From an uncultured virus (IMG/VR IMGVR_UViG_2775507110_000002) (Duplodnaviria > Heunggongvirae > Uroviricota > Caudoviricetes), in the IMG/VR virus record IMGVR_UViG_2775507110_000002: a stretch of DNA of 64,000 nucleotides; one strand, given 5' to 3'. Below, in pieces: positions 18,596-27,121 of the stretch (positions are counted from its first letter, which is position 1; each line of letters opens with the position of its first letter). Below the pieces are notes generated by a model, which made no database searches, was not told the origin of the DNA, and saw only the letters and a program-made list of their open reading frames with translations. The position numbers and the translations under genes were made by a program.

Positions 18596-19243
18596 TCAGT
18601 GCGGGCGGCGCAGGTTCTCCTGCGCGGTCAGCAGCCCCAGCACTGCGTGTGCCTTGTGGTGCTCCACCCACTGCTGGGCCAGAGCTCGGTCCTTGAACTT
18701 CGCGTACCCGGCCGCGGTGGCGGAGTTCAACTCGATCTTGTCCCAGTCGCCGACCGTGCTGGCGAACTGGGTGGCGATGTCGACGAACGACGGCCCCTGG
18801 TAGTGGCTGACGTGCGGGTCGTTGGCGTCGAGGGGGGTGCCGGACAGGTCGGAGGTGAGAGTGTCGGTGGCGGCCCGCATGGCGAAGTAGGCGGTGGTGG
18901 TGCCGGCGGTCTCTCCGCGCATCGCGGCGAGGACCTGCGTCCGGTGGTTCGGCGGGGACAGGCAGGACTGGTACGAGAAGTCGATTTCGGTACCGTCCGT
19001 GCGGACGATCTTGAATCCGGAGTGGCGGCCGCGCATGGGCTGGTCGATAACGAACGATTCGATGCCGCACCCGATCTTCTCCGGGGCGTCCGGGTGCAGC
19101 TCGATCAAGTCACGGAGCAGCGCGTGGTCCTCGGGCTTGTCGACCTTCTCGCCGACGTTGTAGGCGTCCCGGATCGCGCGTACTGCGTCGCCTGCTGCGC
19201 CTTTGGTGGGCCAGGTGCGGGGGCCGATGCTGAACTTGGGCAC
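18596..19243 (-). CDS. DCL / DUF3223-like protein
   Basis: LIELHPDAPEKIGCGI...FKIVRTDGTEIDFSYQSCL. Confidence 0.8.
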   Translation of the reverse strand: MPKFSIGPRTWPTKGAAGDAVRAIRDAYNVGEKVDKPEDHALLRDLIELHPDAPEKIGCGIESFVIDQPMRGRHSGFKIVRTDGTEIDFSYQSCLSPPNHRTQVLAAMRGETAGTTTAYFAMRAATDTLTSDLSGTPLDANDPHVSHYQGPSFVDIATQFASTVGDWDKIELNSATAAGYAKFKDRALAQQWVEHHKAHAVLGLLTAQENLRRPH

Positions 19244-19400
19244 GGTGTGTGGTCTCCCTGTGGCCGGGGTTCGCTGGGGCTGTTTCTGAGGGTCCCACCC
19301 GCCTCTGACAATCCGTCCGAGGCGGCAACCCCTCACGAGGCGTGTGCGACGAAGCCCCCGGCCGGCGTACGGGCGGGGGCTGTAAGGCGAGCAGGGCGGG

Positions 19401-20081
19401 TCAGTAGTTCCCGTTGGAGAGGAGCTCGCCGTCCTTGTCGTAGATCGTGACGAGGCCGTTGTCGGAGTCCTTCCAGTCAGCGAAGGCCGACGCGAGGAGC
19501 TTCCCGGAACCCTGGTGCGGGCCCATCATGCCGCCCTCATAGTCGGTGTAGACGCTCGCGGAGTCGAGGATGCCGTTGTCGCTGTCGGCGCCCTGCACCT
19601 TCACGATGTGCTTGGCGGCCGTCTTCTCGGCGGCGGTGCCGTTGTCGTTGATGAACGCCTTGAACTCGTCGGCCTGCGACAGCTTCTTCGGGGCGGGCTT
19701 GTCCTCCGCGGCGGGCTCCTCCGCCTCCTCCTTGTCCTTGGCGGGTGCGGCAGGCTTCGCGTCGGCCTTGTCGGGGGCAGTCGCGACCGTGTCGGCCTTG
19801 GTGTCCGCCGAGTCGTCACCGCCGCCGGCTGCAATCCCGACGACGATGAGGAACACGAAGACGCCGCCGACGATGGTGAGGACCTTGTGGCGGGCGACCC
19901 ACGACTTCTTCTGCTGCGGGGGGACGGGCCCGCCGGGGTAGCCGCCGGGTGCCCCCTGGTAGGGCTGCTGCCCCCACCCGGTCTGCGGCTGGGCGGGCTG
20001 GGCGCCCTGCCACTGAGGCGGGCCCTGGTGGGGGCCCTGGGGCTGCTGGGGGTGGTTCTGGTTGTACGGGGGCTGGGTCAT
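19401..20081 (-). CDS. Single-TM membrane protein (superinfection-exclusion-like layout)
   Basis: Gln/Pro-rich N-terminus, KKSW...TM, low-complexity linker, C-terminal domain. Confidence 0.75.
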   Translation of the reverse strand: MTQPPYNQNHPQQPQGPHQGPPQWQGAQPAQPQTGWGQQPYQGAPGGYPGGPVPPQQKKSWVARHKVLTIVGGVFVFLIVVGIAAGGGDDSADTKADTVATAPDKADAKPAAPAKDKEEAEEPAAEDKPAPKKLSQADEFKAFINDNGTAAEKTAAKHIVKVQGADSDNGILDSASVYTDYEGGMMGPHQGSGKLLASAFADWKDSDNGLVTIYDKDGELLSNGNY

Positions 20082-20192
20082 GGGCTACCTGTCGCGAGAG
20101 TCTGCCGGAGCGGTGGGGCGCGATGGCATGTGGATGTGGTGTGTGACAGCTGTGAAGCTCGGATGGTTGCATCCGGTGGGGGTGATTCCTGT

Positions 20193-20378
20193 TCACCCGC
20201 GCCCAGTTCGGGGCGTAGCGGTGAGGATCAGCCCGGTGAGGCCGATGAGGGTGTCGAGGTGGGTGAGCTGCTCGAGCTGGCCGGGTGTCAGGACTGTGGC
20301 GAGGTAGGCGGCTACGAGAAGCGCGCCGGCGACGTGTGCGGGGGTCGGGTTCTGGCCGGGCAGGTGGTTATCGGTCAT
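20193..20378 (-). CDS. Small hydrophobic protein (61 aa)
   Basis: GGAAGG RBS; hydrophobic segments; below promoter copy 3. Confidence 0.6.
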   Translation of the reverse strand: MTDNHLPGQNPTPAHVAGALLVAAYLATVLTPGQLEQLTHLDTLIGLTGLILTATPRTGRG

Positions 20379-20517
20379 GATGCTGGCCTTCCGGGGCGTG
20401 GTGGGTGGTGCTGGTGGACGATGGGGCCACCACGCCGGAAGGCCTCCTGGGGGAGGACCGGTTGGGAGTCGCACCGCGGGCTTTAGGCCTCGGAACCGGA
20501 GGCCCGGGTGCGCACCC

Positions 20518-20550
20518 AACATACCCACTCTCGTATTGCTTAGCAATACG
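20518..20550 (-). promoter_or_regulatory. Promoter with palindromic operator (copy 3)
   Basis: TTGCTA-N17-TATGTT on minus strand; CGTATTGC-tta-GCAATACG. Confidence 0.8.
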
Positions 20551-20560
20551 GTTCGAGGTT

Positions 20561-21934
20561 CTACGTGTGGGCCATGTCGACAAACCGGCTGTAGTGCCCC
20601 TGGAATGCAACCGTGACCGTGGCAGTCGGCCCGTTGCGGTGCTTCGCCACGATGATGTCCGCCTCGCCGGCGCGCGGGGACTCCTTCTCGTACGCGTCCT
20701 CCCGATGGAGAAGCATCACGATGTCGGCGTCCTGCTCGATGGATCCCGATTCGCGGAGGTCGGACACCATGGGCTTCTTGTCGGTGCGCTGCTCCGGTCC
20801 GCGGTTGAGCTGTGACAGGGCGATGACGGGCATGTGGAGCTCCTTCGCGAGGAGCTTGAGGCCGCGAGAGATCTCGGAGACTTCCTGCTGGCGGCTCTCG
20901 GCGGCCTTCCCGCCGTTCTGCATGAGCTGCAGGTAGTCGATGACGATCATCTTGATGCCGTGGCGCTGAACCATGCGCCGGGCCTTGGCCCGGATGTCCA
21001 TCATCGTGAGGTTCGGAGACGCGTCGATGTAGATCGGGGCCTGCTTGATCTCGGCCTGGGCGGTCGCAAGGCGCGTCCAGTCGTCCTCGGTCATCGATCC
21101 GCTGCGGATGTGGTGCAGGGCGACCTTCCCGGTGGCGGACAGCAGCCGGTAGTTGATCTCGCGGCGGCCCATCTCAAGGGAGAAGAACGCGGTCGGCACG
21201 TCGCCCTTGACGGAGCAGGCGCGGATGAAGTCCATGGCGAGGGTGCTCTTACCCATCGCGGGCCGCCCGGCGACAACGATGAACTGCTCGGGGTGGAACC
21301 CAGTAAGGAGCAGGTCGAGATCCATGAACCCGGTGGGAAGTCCGGTGAGGTCCGTGCCTCGGCGGCCAATCTCCTCAATCCAGTCGATGTCCTCCTCGAG
21401 GGTGTCGCCGGCCAGGGCGTAGTCCTCGTCGGCGTTCTCGTCGGCAACCTGGAACAGCTCGGCGCCCGCGGTGTTCAGGTCGTCGGCAAGTTCCCCGTCT
21501 GCGTAGCCGAGCTGGGTGATGCGGGTGCCCGCTTCGACGAGGCGGCGGCGGGTGGCCCGCTCTTTGACGATGTCGGCGTAGTACGAGGCGTTCGCCGCGG
21601 TGGGCACGGCCTGGACGAGGGTGTGGAGGTAGGTTGCGCCGCCGACCTTGGGGAGCATGCTGGTTTTGGCGAGCTCGGCGGCGGTGGTGATGGGGTCGGC
21701 GGGCTCGCCCTTCGCGTACAGGCTGAGGATCGCCGTGTAGACCATCTCGTGGGCGGGCCGGTAGAAGTCACGGCCTTTCAGCTTCGCCTCGGTGACGACG
21801 TCCTCGATGGCGTCCTTGGACAGCAGCATGCCGCCGAGGACGGACTGCTCGGCGTCCAGGTCCTGCGGGGGCATCCGGTCGAACATGCCGCGGTCACGGT
21901 GTGCGGGCTCGGCTGCCTGCGGGGGGATACTCAT
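20561..21934 (-). CDS. dnaB: Replicative DNA helicase
   Basis: PPQDLDAEQSVLG, GRPAMGKS, VIDYLQLM, SQLNR, LRESGSIEQDAD, KHRNG. Confidence 0.97.
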   Translation of the reverse strand: MSIPPQAAEPAHRDRGMFDRMPPQDLDAEQSVLGGMLLSKDAIEDVVTEAKLKGRDFYRPAHEMVYTAILSLYAKGEPADPITTAAELAKTSMLPKVGGATYLHTLVQAVPTAANASYYADIVKERATRRRLVEAGTRITQLGYADGELADDLNTAGAELFQVADENADEDYALAGDTLEEDIDWIEEIGRRGTDLTGLPTGFMDLDLLLTGFHPEQFIVVAGRPAMGKSTLAMDFIRACSVKGDVPTAFFSLEMGRREINYRLLSATGKVALHHIRSGSMTEDDWTRLATAQAEIKQAPIYIDASPNLTMMDIRAKARRMVQRHGIKMIVIDYLQLMQNGGKAAESRQQEVSEISRGLKLLAKELHMPVIALSQLNRGPEQRTDKKPMVSDLRESGSIEQDADIVMLLHREDAYEKESPRAGEADIIVAKHRNGPTATVTVAFQGHYSRFVDMAHT

Positions 21935-22016
21935 GGTGTGGCTCCTTCGGGAGTCCCGAAAGCAGCGGCCGGCCCTTTGGACGGGGAATCACCGGCCGCT
22001 GCGCTCGTGTTCGGGG

Positions 22017-23144
22017 TCAGGCGCGGGTGAACTTCGGGTGGCACTCGGGGCACGGCACGTCACGCCCGTCAGGGAGCTCCCTGGTGCGCTGGTACACGGC
22101 TGCGGGCCTCTCGCCGACGTTGCACACCCCGCACCACTCCGCGAGGCCGCCAGGGGCCGCCTGGGCCCCGGGTAGGGGCTTGTCCTCCGTGCGGCGGCGC
22201 TTCAGGTTGCGCACCCGGTACGGCATGACCCTCGACGGCCGGGTCGCCGGCTTGTCCGCGTCGTCCTGGACCAGGACCAGCTCGAGGTACGTATCGAACT
22301 CGTACCCCTGCGTGTGAGCTCTCGAGGCCAGCAGCGGGGCGAGCGCCCGCGCTTCGTCCGGACCCATCTGCCACTTCCCGGGGAGGTCCTGAAGGAACGC
22401 ATCGGCGGCCCGGATCTCCTCGGCGGTCGGCTGGTAGTCGTCAGCAGTCAGCGCGCACTGCTCGGCGTACCGGTCGGCTTTCGGTGCCCGTCCCTTGTTG
22501 CGGGGGTTAGGGGGAGGAGTACCTCCTCCTCCCTCCGGGGGGTGTGGGGGGGAACCCTGTCCGCGCGCCTTCTCAGGAGAAGCGGTTCGACCTGCGATTT
22601 CGGCCCTGTTTCCGCGTGGCCTGTCAGCGCGTGCCTTGTCAGCGCGTGCCCTGTCAGGAGAAGCGGTCTGACCTGTGCCGATACGGTTACCACTCGGTAC
22701 CGCTTCGCCTGACAGGCCAACCGGTTCCGTGGCCGACTCGGCGATGCCAGCGAGGGTCCAATGAGGGTTGAGGGAGGGGAACTCGTAGAAGGTGTAGGAG
22801 ACCCTTCCGAAGTTCCCGCCGTTGGCCTGGGTGCGGTGCAGGAAGCCCACTTCCCGCAGCCGCGCAACGGACTGGTAGACCGCCTTGCTGCCGATCAGGC
22901 CCTTGCCGTTGGCGCTCAGGACTCCCTCGTTGCGCAGCGCCTCCACCAGGTCGTCCACGCAGAAGCTCTTGCCGTCCTCGCACATGTAGTGGATGTGCGC
23001 CAGGACCAGGAAGTCCAGCGGCTGCGGCAGGCCACTGCCGTACAGCATGTGCCGGTACAGCGGGACGGACGGGCGCAGCGACTGTGCGCGGCCGTCGATA
23101 CGAGCGGAGCCCTGGCTCACGCCCTCGGTCTGCTCGTCGCTCAC
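22017..23144 (-). CDS. Replication initiator (wHTH, internal repeats, C-terminal Cys motif)
   Basis: VARLREVGFL wHTH, linker repeats, SPPHPP, WCGVC...CPECHP; immediately upstream of dnaB. Confidence 0.75.
   Translation of the reverse strand: MSDEQTEGVSQGSARIDGRAQSLRPSVPLYRHMLYGSGLPQPLDFLVLAHIHYMCEDGKSFCVDDLVEALRNEGVLSANGKGLIGSKAVYQSVARLREVGFLHRTQANGGNFGRVSYTFYEFPSLNPHWTLAGIAESATEPVGLSGEAVPSGNRIGTGQTASPDRARADKARADRPRGNRAEIAGRTASPEKARGQGSPPHPPEGGGGTPPPNPRNKGRAPKADRYAEQCALTADDYQPTAEEIRAADAFLQDLPGKWQMGPDEARALAPLLASRAHTQGYEFDTYLELVLVQDDADKPATRPSRVMPYRVRNLKRRRTEDKPLPGAQAAPGGLAEWCGVCNVGERPAAVYQRTRELPDGRDVPCPECHPKFTRA
22563..22675. repeat. Iteron-like repeats, putative origin
   Basis: tgtcagcgcgtgcc twice at 15-bp period; tcaggagaagcggt...gacctg twice. 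Confidence 0.65.
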
Positions 23145-23773
23145 TGGCCGCCACCGAAGTCCGCAGCAGCCTTCTTGATCATGTGGACGGCGTCGCACCC
23201 GGTGAAGTCGAACCACTCGCCACGAATGCGGCGGTCTGCAAACCTGCCGTGAAGGTACGCCTCAGCAGGCCGCCCTCCGGTCCCTGTCCACAGCAGGTCC
23301 ATTCCGGCTGGGGATCCAGTCTGCATGGAGGAGAGGCGCTTCTCTGGGTCGACACTGATTCCGATCTTGATGTGCCGAGTCCGTCGGTCCCTGATCGCGT
23401 AGACCAGGGCAAGGTTGGACGTTCTCGGTTTCGGTACCGCGACGACCTGCGGAGTGAGTGAGGCGGTCAGCTTCCAAACTGGCCGCTTGGTGGCTTCGTT
23501 GTACTCCGAGAAGTGCTGGACGTAGCCAGCGACCTTCAGGCGCTTCAGGCATGCAGAGAGCCGGTCGACACTCATCCGCCAGTCGGAGTTTCGCATCTCC
23601 GCCACGATTGAACGCAGCTTGACGTCCCAGATAGGGCTCTGCCTGACCAGGCGGAGCAAGACGCCATAGTCCTCGGGCTGAAGACCGGCAGAGTCGATCA
23701 GTTCTACCGAGACCGTGACTGAGTAGTCATCGGGAGTGGCGCTGACCTGTGAGGGGTTACCAGGTACAGTCAT
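23141..23773 (-). CDS. wHTH plus GIY-YIG (T5orf172-like) protein
   Basis: LKRLKVAGYV; VYAI...IKIGIS.DPEKRL...QTGSP...E..LH..F...RIRGEWF. Confidence 0.85.
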   Translation of the reverse strand: MTVPGNPSQVSATPDDYSVTVSVELIDSAGLQPEDYGVLLRLVRQSPIWDVKLRSIVAEMRNSDWRMSVDRLSACLKRLKVAGYVQHFSEYNEATKRPVWKLTASLTPQVVAVPKPRTSNLALVYAIRDRRTRHIKIGISVDPEKRLSSMQTGSPAGMDLLWTGTGGRPAEAYLHGRFADRRIRGEWFDFTGCDAVHMIKKAAADFGGGQ

Positions 23774-23918
23774 GAGAGACCTTGCTTTCACGAGAGTGGG
23801 TCTTGAGCAGCGGGCAGCAACCCGCTGTTGTGCTTGGAAGCCCGGTGGTCTGCGATCCGCCGGGCTTTCGCATGTCCAGGACTACCGCGTACCGCGGCTA
23901 TGGCTGGACGTAAGCGGC

Positions 23919-24173
23919 TCACGACTCGCCGCCGGCCGCTTGCGGGTGCTCCCGAAAGAAGGCCAGGAACGGATCGGTTTCCATCACCACGGCGTTCGCG
24001 ACCTTCCAGTACGGATGCGGTCGTCCCTTGCCGAACTGCCAGTCCGGGTGGGTGTCGGCGATGTGGCGGATGCCCTGGTGGGTGATGTGCTTGCGGATAC
24101 CGAGGTCCATGAGGAGCTGGGCGCCGCTCTGGAACGTCACTACTGGCGGCAGGCGCCGCTCGGGCGCGCTCAC
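23919..24173 (-). CDS. Small DNA-binding-like protein
   Basis: VTFQSGAQLL...ITHQGIRHIA...DW; start uncertain. Confidence 0.6.
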   Translation of the reverse strand: MSAPERRLPPVVTFQSGAQLLMDLGIRKHITHQGIRHIADTHPDWQFGKGRPHPYWKVANAVVMETDPFLAFFREHPQAAGGES

Positions 24174-24389
24174 CGCGGGGCCGCGATCTTCGAGGGGTCG
24201 TGCTGTGAGCTGGTGAGTCTCACTAGTAGTCTCAAGGCGACGGCCTTCCTTTGTGATGAGGGACTGGTGCGTCACGTGCTGCCGGCTCGCAGGCCGGTAG
24301 TGCAAAGGACGGCCGGGTGGGGTCGGTAGCCCCCTCGGCCGTTCGTGCGCCCAAGCTGGCTGCTGGGACACACGTTCATACCTAACTGA

Positions 24390-25157
24390 TCACCCCACCC
24401 CGTCGTCTCGGATTTCCCACGAAACCGAACTACGGAGCGGCGCGGTCGTCACCGTGGCATAAGCGACTTCACCGTCACCCTTGGTGCCTCTCGAAACGAT
24501 CCGGAGACACGGCGTGTCCTCCGGAAGCCCCAAAGCAGCTGCCGCCGGGCCCGTGGCCGACGTGGCGGAAACCTCGTAGGTGATCTGCTTGACCCCCATC
24601 CCGAGCCACTGGGCGATGCTCTTCCCGCCAGGCGGGTTGATGTCGCCGGGGCTCATCATCGGCGGTAGACCCGTCCACCCCTCCGGGGTGAGCGTGGCTG
24701 CCGCGACAGTGACGAGCGTCCTCTTGTGCTGAACGGGCGCGCCGTCCGCGTCGAAACGGGTGCGGCTTCGCTCAACGACCTCGGCGCCGGCCGGGATGCC
24801 GGTGTCCGCGTCTTCTTCCGTGGTTACGGTCTGGCTGACCTGCGTCGGGCCCTCCTTGGCGCCCGTGCCGGTGTTGCGCGTCCAGGCCGTGGTGCCGGTG
24901 GCGATCTCACGGTTGGCCGAGCGGTAGGTCCCTAGACGGATCTTCGCGGGCTTGCCCGTGATGACTCTCGCGCCCCAGCCTCGCTGCACCTGGACCAGGC
25001 CCATGTTGGCCATCCGGGTCAGGGCTGATGCAACGGTTTGCTGGCTTGTGCCGTACTCCTCCGCCAGCTTGCGCGTGGTCGGCAGGCGGTCTCCGTACTT
25101 GTAGGCGCCTTGGTCGATTGCGGCCGTGAGCGCCCTAACGATCTCTGTTTGAGTCAC
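24390..25157 (-). CDS. GntR-family repressor (KorSA/TraR-like)
   Basis: GDRLPTTRKLAEEYGTSQQTVASAL...GLV; UTRA-like C-terminus; GAGGAGG RBS; divergent from tra genes. Confidence 0.88.
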   Translation of the reverse strand: MTQTEIVRALTAAIDQGAYKYGDRLPTTRKLAEEYGTSQQTVASALTRMANMGLVQVQRGWGARVITGKPAKIRLGTYRSANREIATGTTAWTRNTGTGAKEGPTQVSQTVTTEEDADTGIPAGAEVVERSRTRFDADGAPVQHKRTLVTVAAATLTPEGWTGLPPMMSPGDINPPGGKSIAQWLGMGVKQITYEVSATSATGPAAAALGLPEDTPCLRIVSRGTKGDGEVAYATVTTAPLRSSVSWEIRDDGVG

Positions 25158-25347
25158 TGCGGTTCCTCCTCTCATGGTCTTCGTCAACATCGAGCCTACC
25201 TTGCGGATAGCTTTCTTGACACGTCCATCTTGCCATGTCTTAATGGTCAAAGGCAACGCGCAGTAAACGCAAAACGACCCCCGGTGGTTGGACACCGAGG
25301 GCCGCGATGCAGACCCACCCACCTGCCACAACAGGAGGTCGATCCGC

Positions 25348-25656
25348 ATGGACAAGGATCGCACGAGGACCGCAGGAAACACCGCCCGACCCGACCCGGA
25401 CATCGCCGAGGCGCTTCGTCAGGTCGTCGCCCACCAGATCGGCCCCCGCCGGCCGGGTGTCGTCTACGAGAACATCGACGGCGCGTTCCGCGTCCTCGAC
25501 GTCACCACCGACCCCTCCGAGGCCCGTCGGATCCTGCGGCGCCGCGCCGCCCAGTTCGCCATCACGATCATCGACGTCCTCCGGCCCGACGCCGAGCCCT
25601 TCTCCGTCGGCACCGTCTGGACCGGATCGGACCGCGTTTTGAAGGCGGTGGCGTGA
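25348..25656 (+). CDS. Hypothetical protein
   Basis: AGGAGG RBS; first gene of rightward operon. Confidence 0.75.
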   Translation: MDKDRTRTAGNTARPDPDIAEALRQVVAHQIGPRRPGVVYENIDGAFRVLDVTTDPSEARRILRRRAAQFAITIIDVLRPDAEPFSVGTVWTGSDRVLKAVA

Positions 25657-25657
25657 C

Positions 25658-25822
25658 ATGGCAATCCAGCGCATCGACATGGCGAACCCCGACAGCGAGG
25701 CCATCCGCGAGGCGGCCAGCAACGGGCAGAGCCTGGAACTCCACGACTCCACCCGGCCGGACGTTGCCCCGATCGTCCTCGACGACTTCCTGATGGCCGT
25801 CATGCGCGGAGAGGTGGCGTGA
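25658..25822 (+). CDS. Small hypothetical protein (54 aa)
   Basis: Fills gap between coupled genes; ends EVA. Confidence 0.6.
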   Translation: MAIQRIDMANPDSEAIREAASNGQSLELHDSTRPDVAPIVLDDFLMAVMRGEVA

Positions 25823-26262
25823 TGAGTACCGCTGACGACCACGCCCGGGCGCAGGCCCTCCTCGACGAGCTGTACCGGCTCAACGGTGCCGACACCCTCG
25901 GCAACCCCACCCAGACCCCCGCCACCCGCATCCAGATCCGCACCGCCGACGGCCAGCTGGTCGGCGAAGCGCTTCTGTCCGCACGGTCCACCGACGAGAC
26001 CACCCTCGCGATCGGCGCGGTAGCCGAGTACGCCCTGGTGATGCCCGCCGACTACCAGGCCGGCCGCGGCACCCCCACCCCCAAGGTCGACGACCTCCTC
26101 ATGGCCGACATCGAGGACCACTTCGCCGACCTCGACCTCGACGACCTCACCCGGCAGACCCTGAACGACGCCATCCCGGCTGACCGCATGGCCGTCACCC
26201 GCGCCATCGATGACATGTTCGGCCACATCCCGCACTGGGACGCCGAGGACGGCGAGCTGTGA
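25822..26262 (+). CDS. Hypothetical protein
   Basis: TGATG coupling; typical codon usage. Confidence 0.7.
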   Translation: MSTADDHARAQALLDELYRLNGADTLGNPTQTPATRIQIRTADGQLVGEALLSARSTDETTLAIGAVAEYALVMPADYQAGRGTPTPKVDDLLMADIEDHFADLDLDDLTRQTLNDAIPADRMAVTRAIDDMFGHIPHWDAEDGEL

Positions 26263-26666
26263 TGGCCACCGCCGACCCCTACGGCCCCGTCCACACCGCA
26301 GGCAACGCCGTCCCGCCCCTGGACCCGGACCTTGCTGGTGCCCTCGACGACCTGGCCGGCATCCACGCGGGCATTGACCTCATCCGCGACGGCATCCGCC
26401 TCCTCGCCCTCGACCGCCACACCCCCGACACCACCCAGACCCTCCTCGCGACCCTCGCCGGATCCGCCGGAGCCGACGTCATCACCGCCATCGGCCACCT
26501 CGTCGCCCGGCTCGCCAACGCCGACCACAACCCCGCACTCCGCAACCTCCCCCTCGACACCCAGAAGCAGGCCCAGCGGCACGGCGAACAGGCCGCGTTC
26601 CACCTCAACGACCCCGACCTCCACCAGCCCGCATCCGAAGCCTCCGCCGACATCACCGGCACCTGA
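26262..26666 (+). CDS. Hypothetical protein
   Basis: TGATG coupling; typical codon usage. Confidence 0.7.
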   Translation: MATADPYGPVHTAGNAVPPLDPDLAGALDDLAGIHAGIDLIRDGIRLLALDRHTPDTTQTLLATLAGSAGADVITAIGHLVARLANADHNPALRNLPLDTQKQAQRHGEQAAFHLNDPDLHQPASEASADITGT

Positions 26667-26681
26667 CCCGAAAGGCCCGCC

Positions 26682-26822
26682 ATGACCGACACCAACATCC
26701 ACGACGACCAGACCCCCGAAGGCCGACCCGCCACCGACACCGAACTCGCCCAGCTCCTCGGCGGGATGACCACCGCCGACGGCACGTCGATCCTCGACAT
26801 CCTCAACGACGACCAGGGCTGA
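26682..26822 (+). CDS. Small acidic peptide (46 aa)
   Basis: GAAAGG RBS. Confidence 0.55.
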   Translation: MTDTNIHDDQTPEGRPATDTELAQLLGGMTTADGTSILDILNDDQG

Positions 26823-26926
26823 CCCGGCCCGCCCTGTCGCCCCCAACCCCCACCGGTTGGGGACGGCAGAGCAGCCCGGACCACCCCGGCACTGCACCGC
26901 CACTCAACGACGAGAAAGGCACCCCG

Positions 26927-27085
26927 ATGACCGCCACCGAGTTCCGCGAGACCCACGGCGACCCCACCACCTGGACCACCGCCGACATCGAAACCCAGCA
27001 GAACCTCGCCGCCTGCGACGCCCTCCCCGCCGACATCAAGGCCGCCGCTGACCGGCTCCGCCAGCTCCTCGCTCCCGCCGCCTGA
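26927..27085 (+). CDS. Small hypothetical protein (52 aa)
   Basis: GAAAGG RBS; FRETHGDPTTWT. Confidence 0.6.
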   Translation: MTATEFRETHGDPTTWTTADIETQQNLAACDALPADIKAAADRLRQLLAPAA

Positions 27086-27121
27086 TCGACCCCACCCGAA
27101 CCCGAGAGGACACCGAACCCC

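Noticed and set aside
20561..21934. Intein or intron in dnaB (also checked terL and thyX)
   Set aside because: Normal lengths, contiguous motifs and no splice-junction signature
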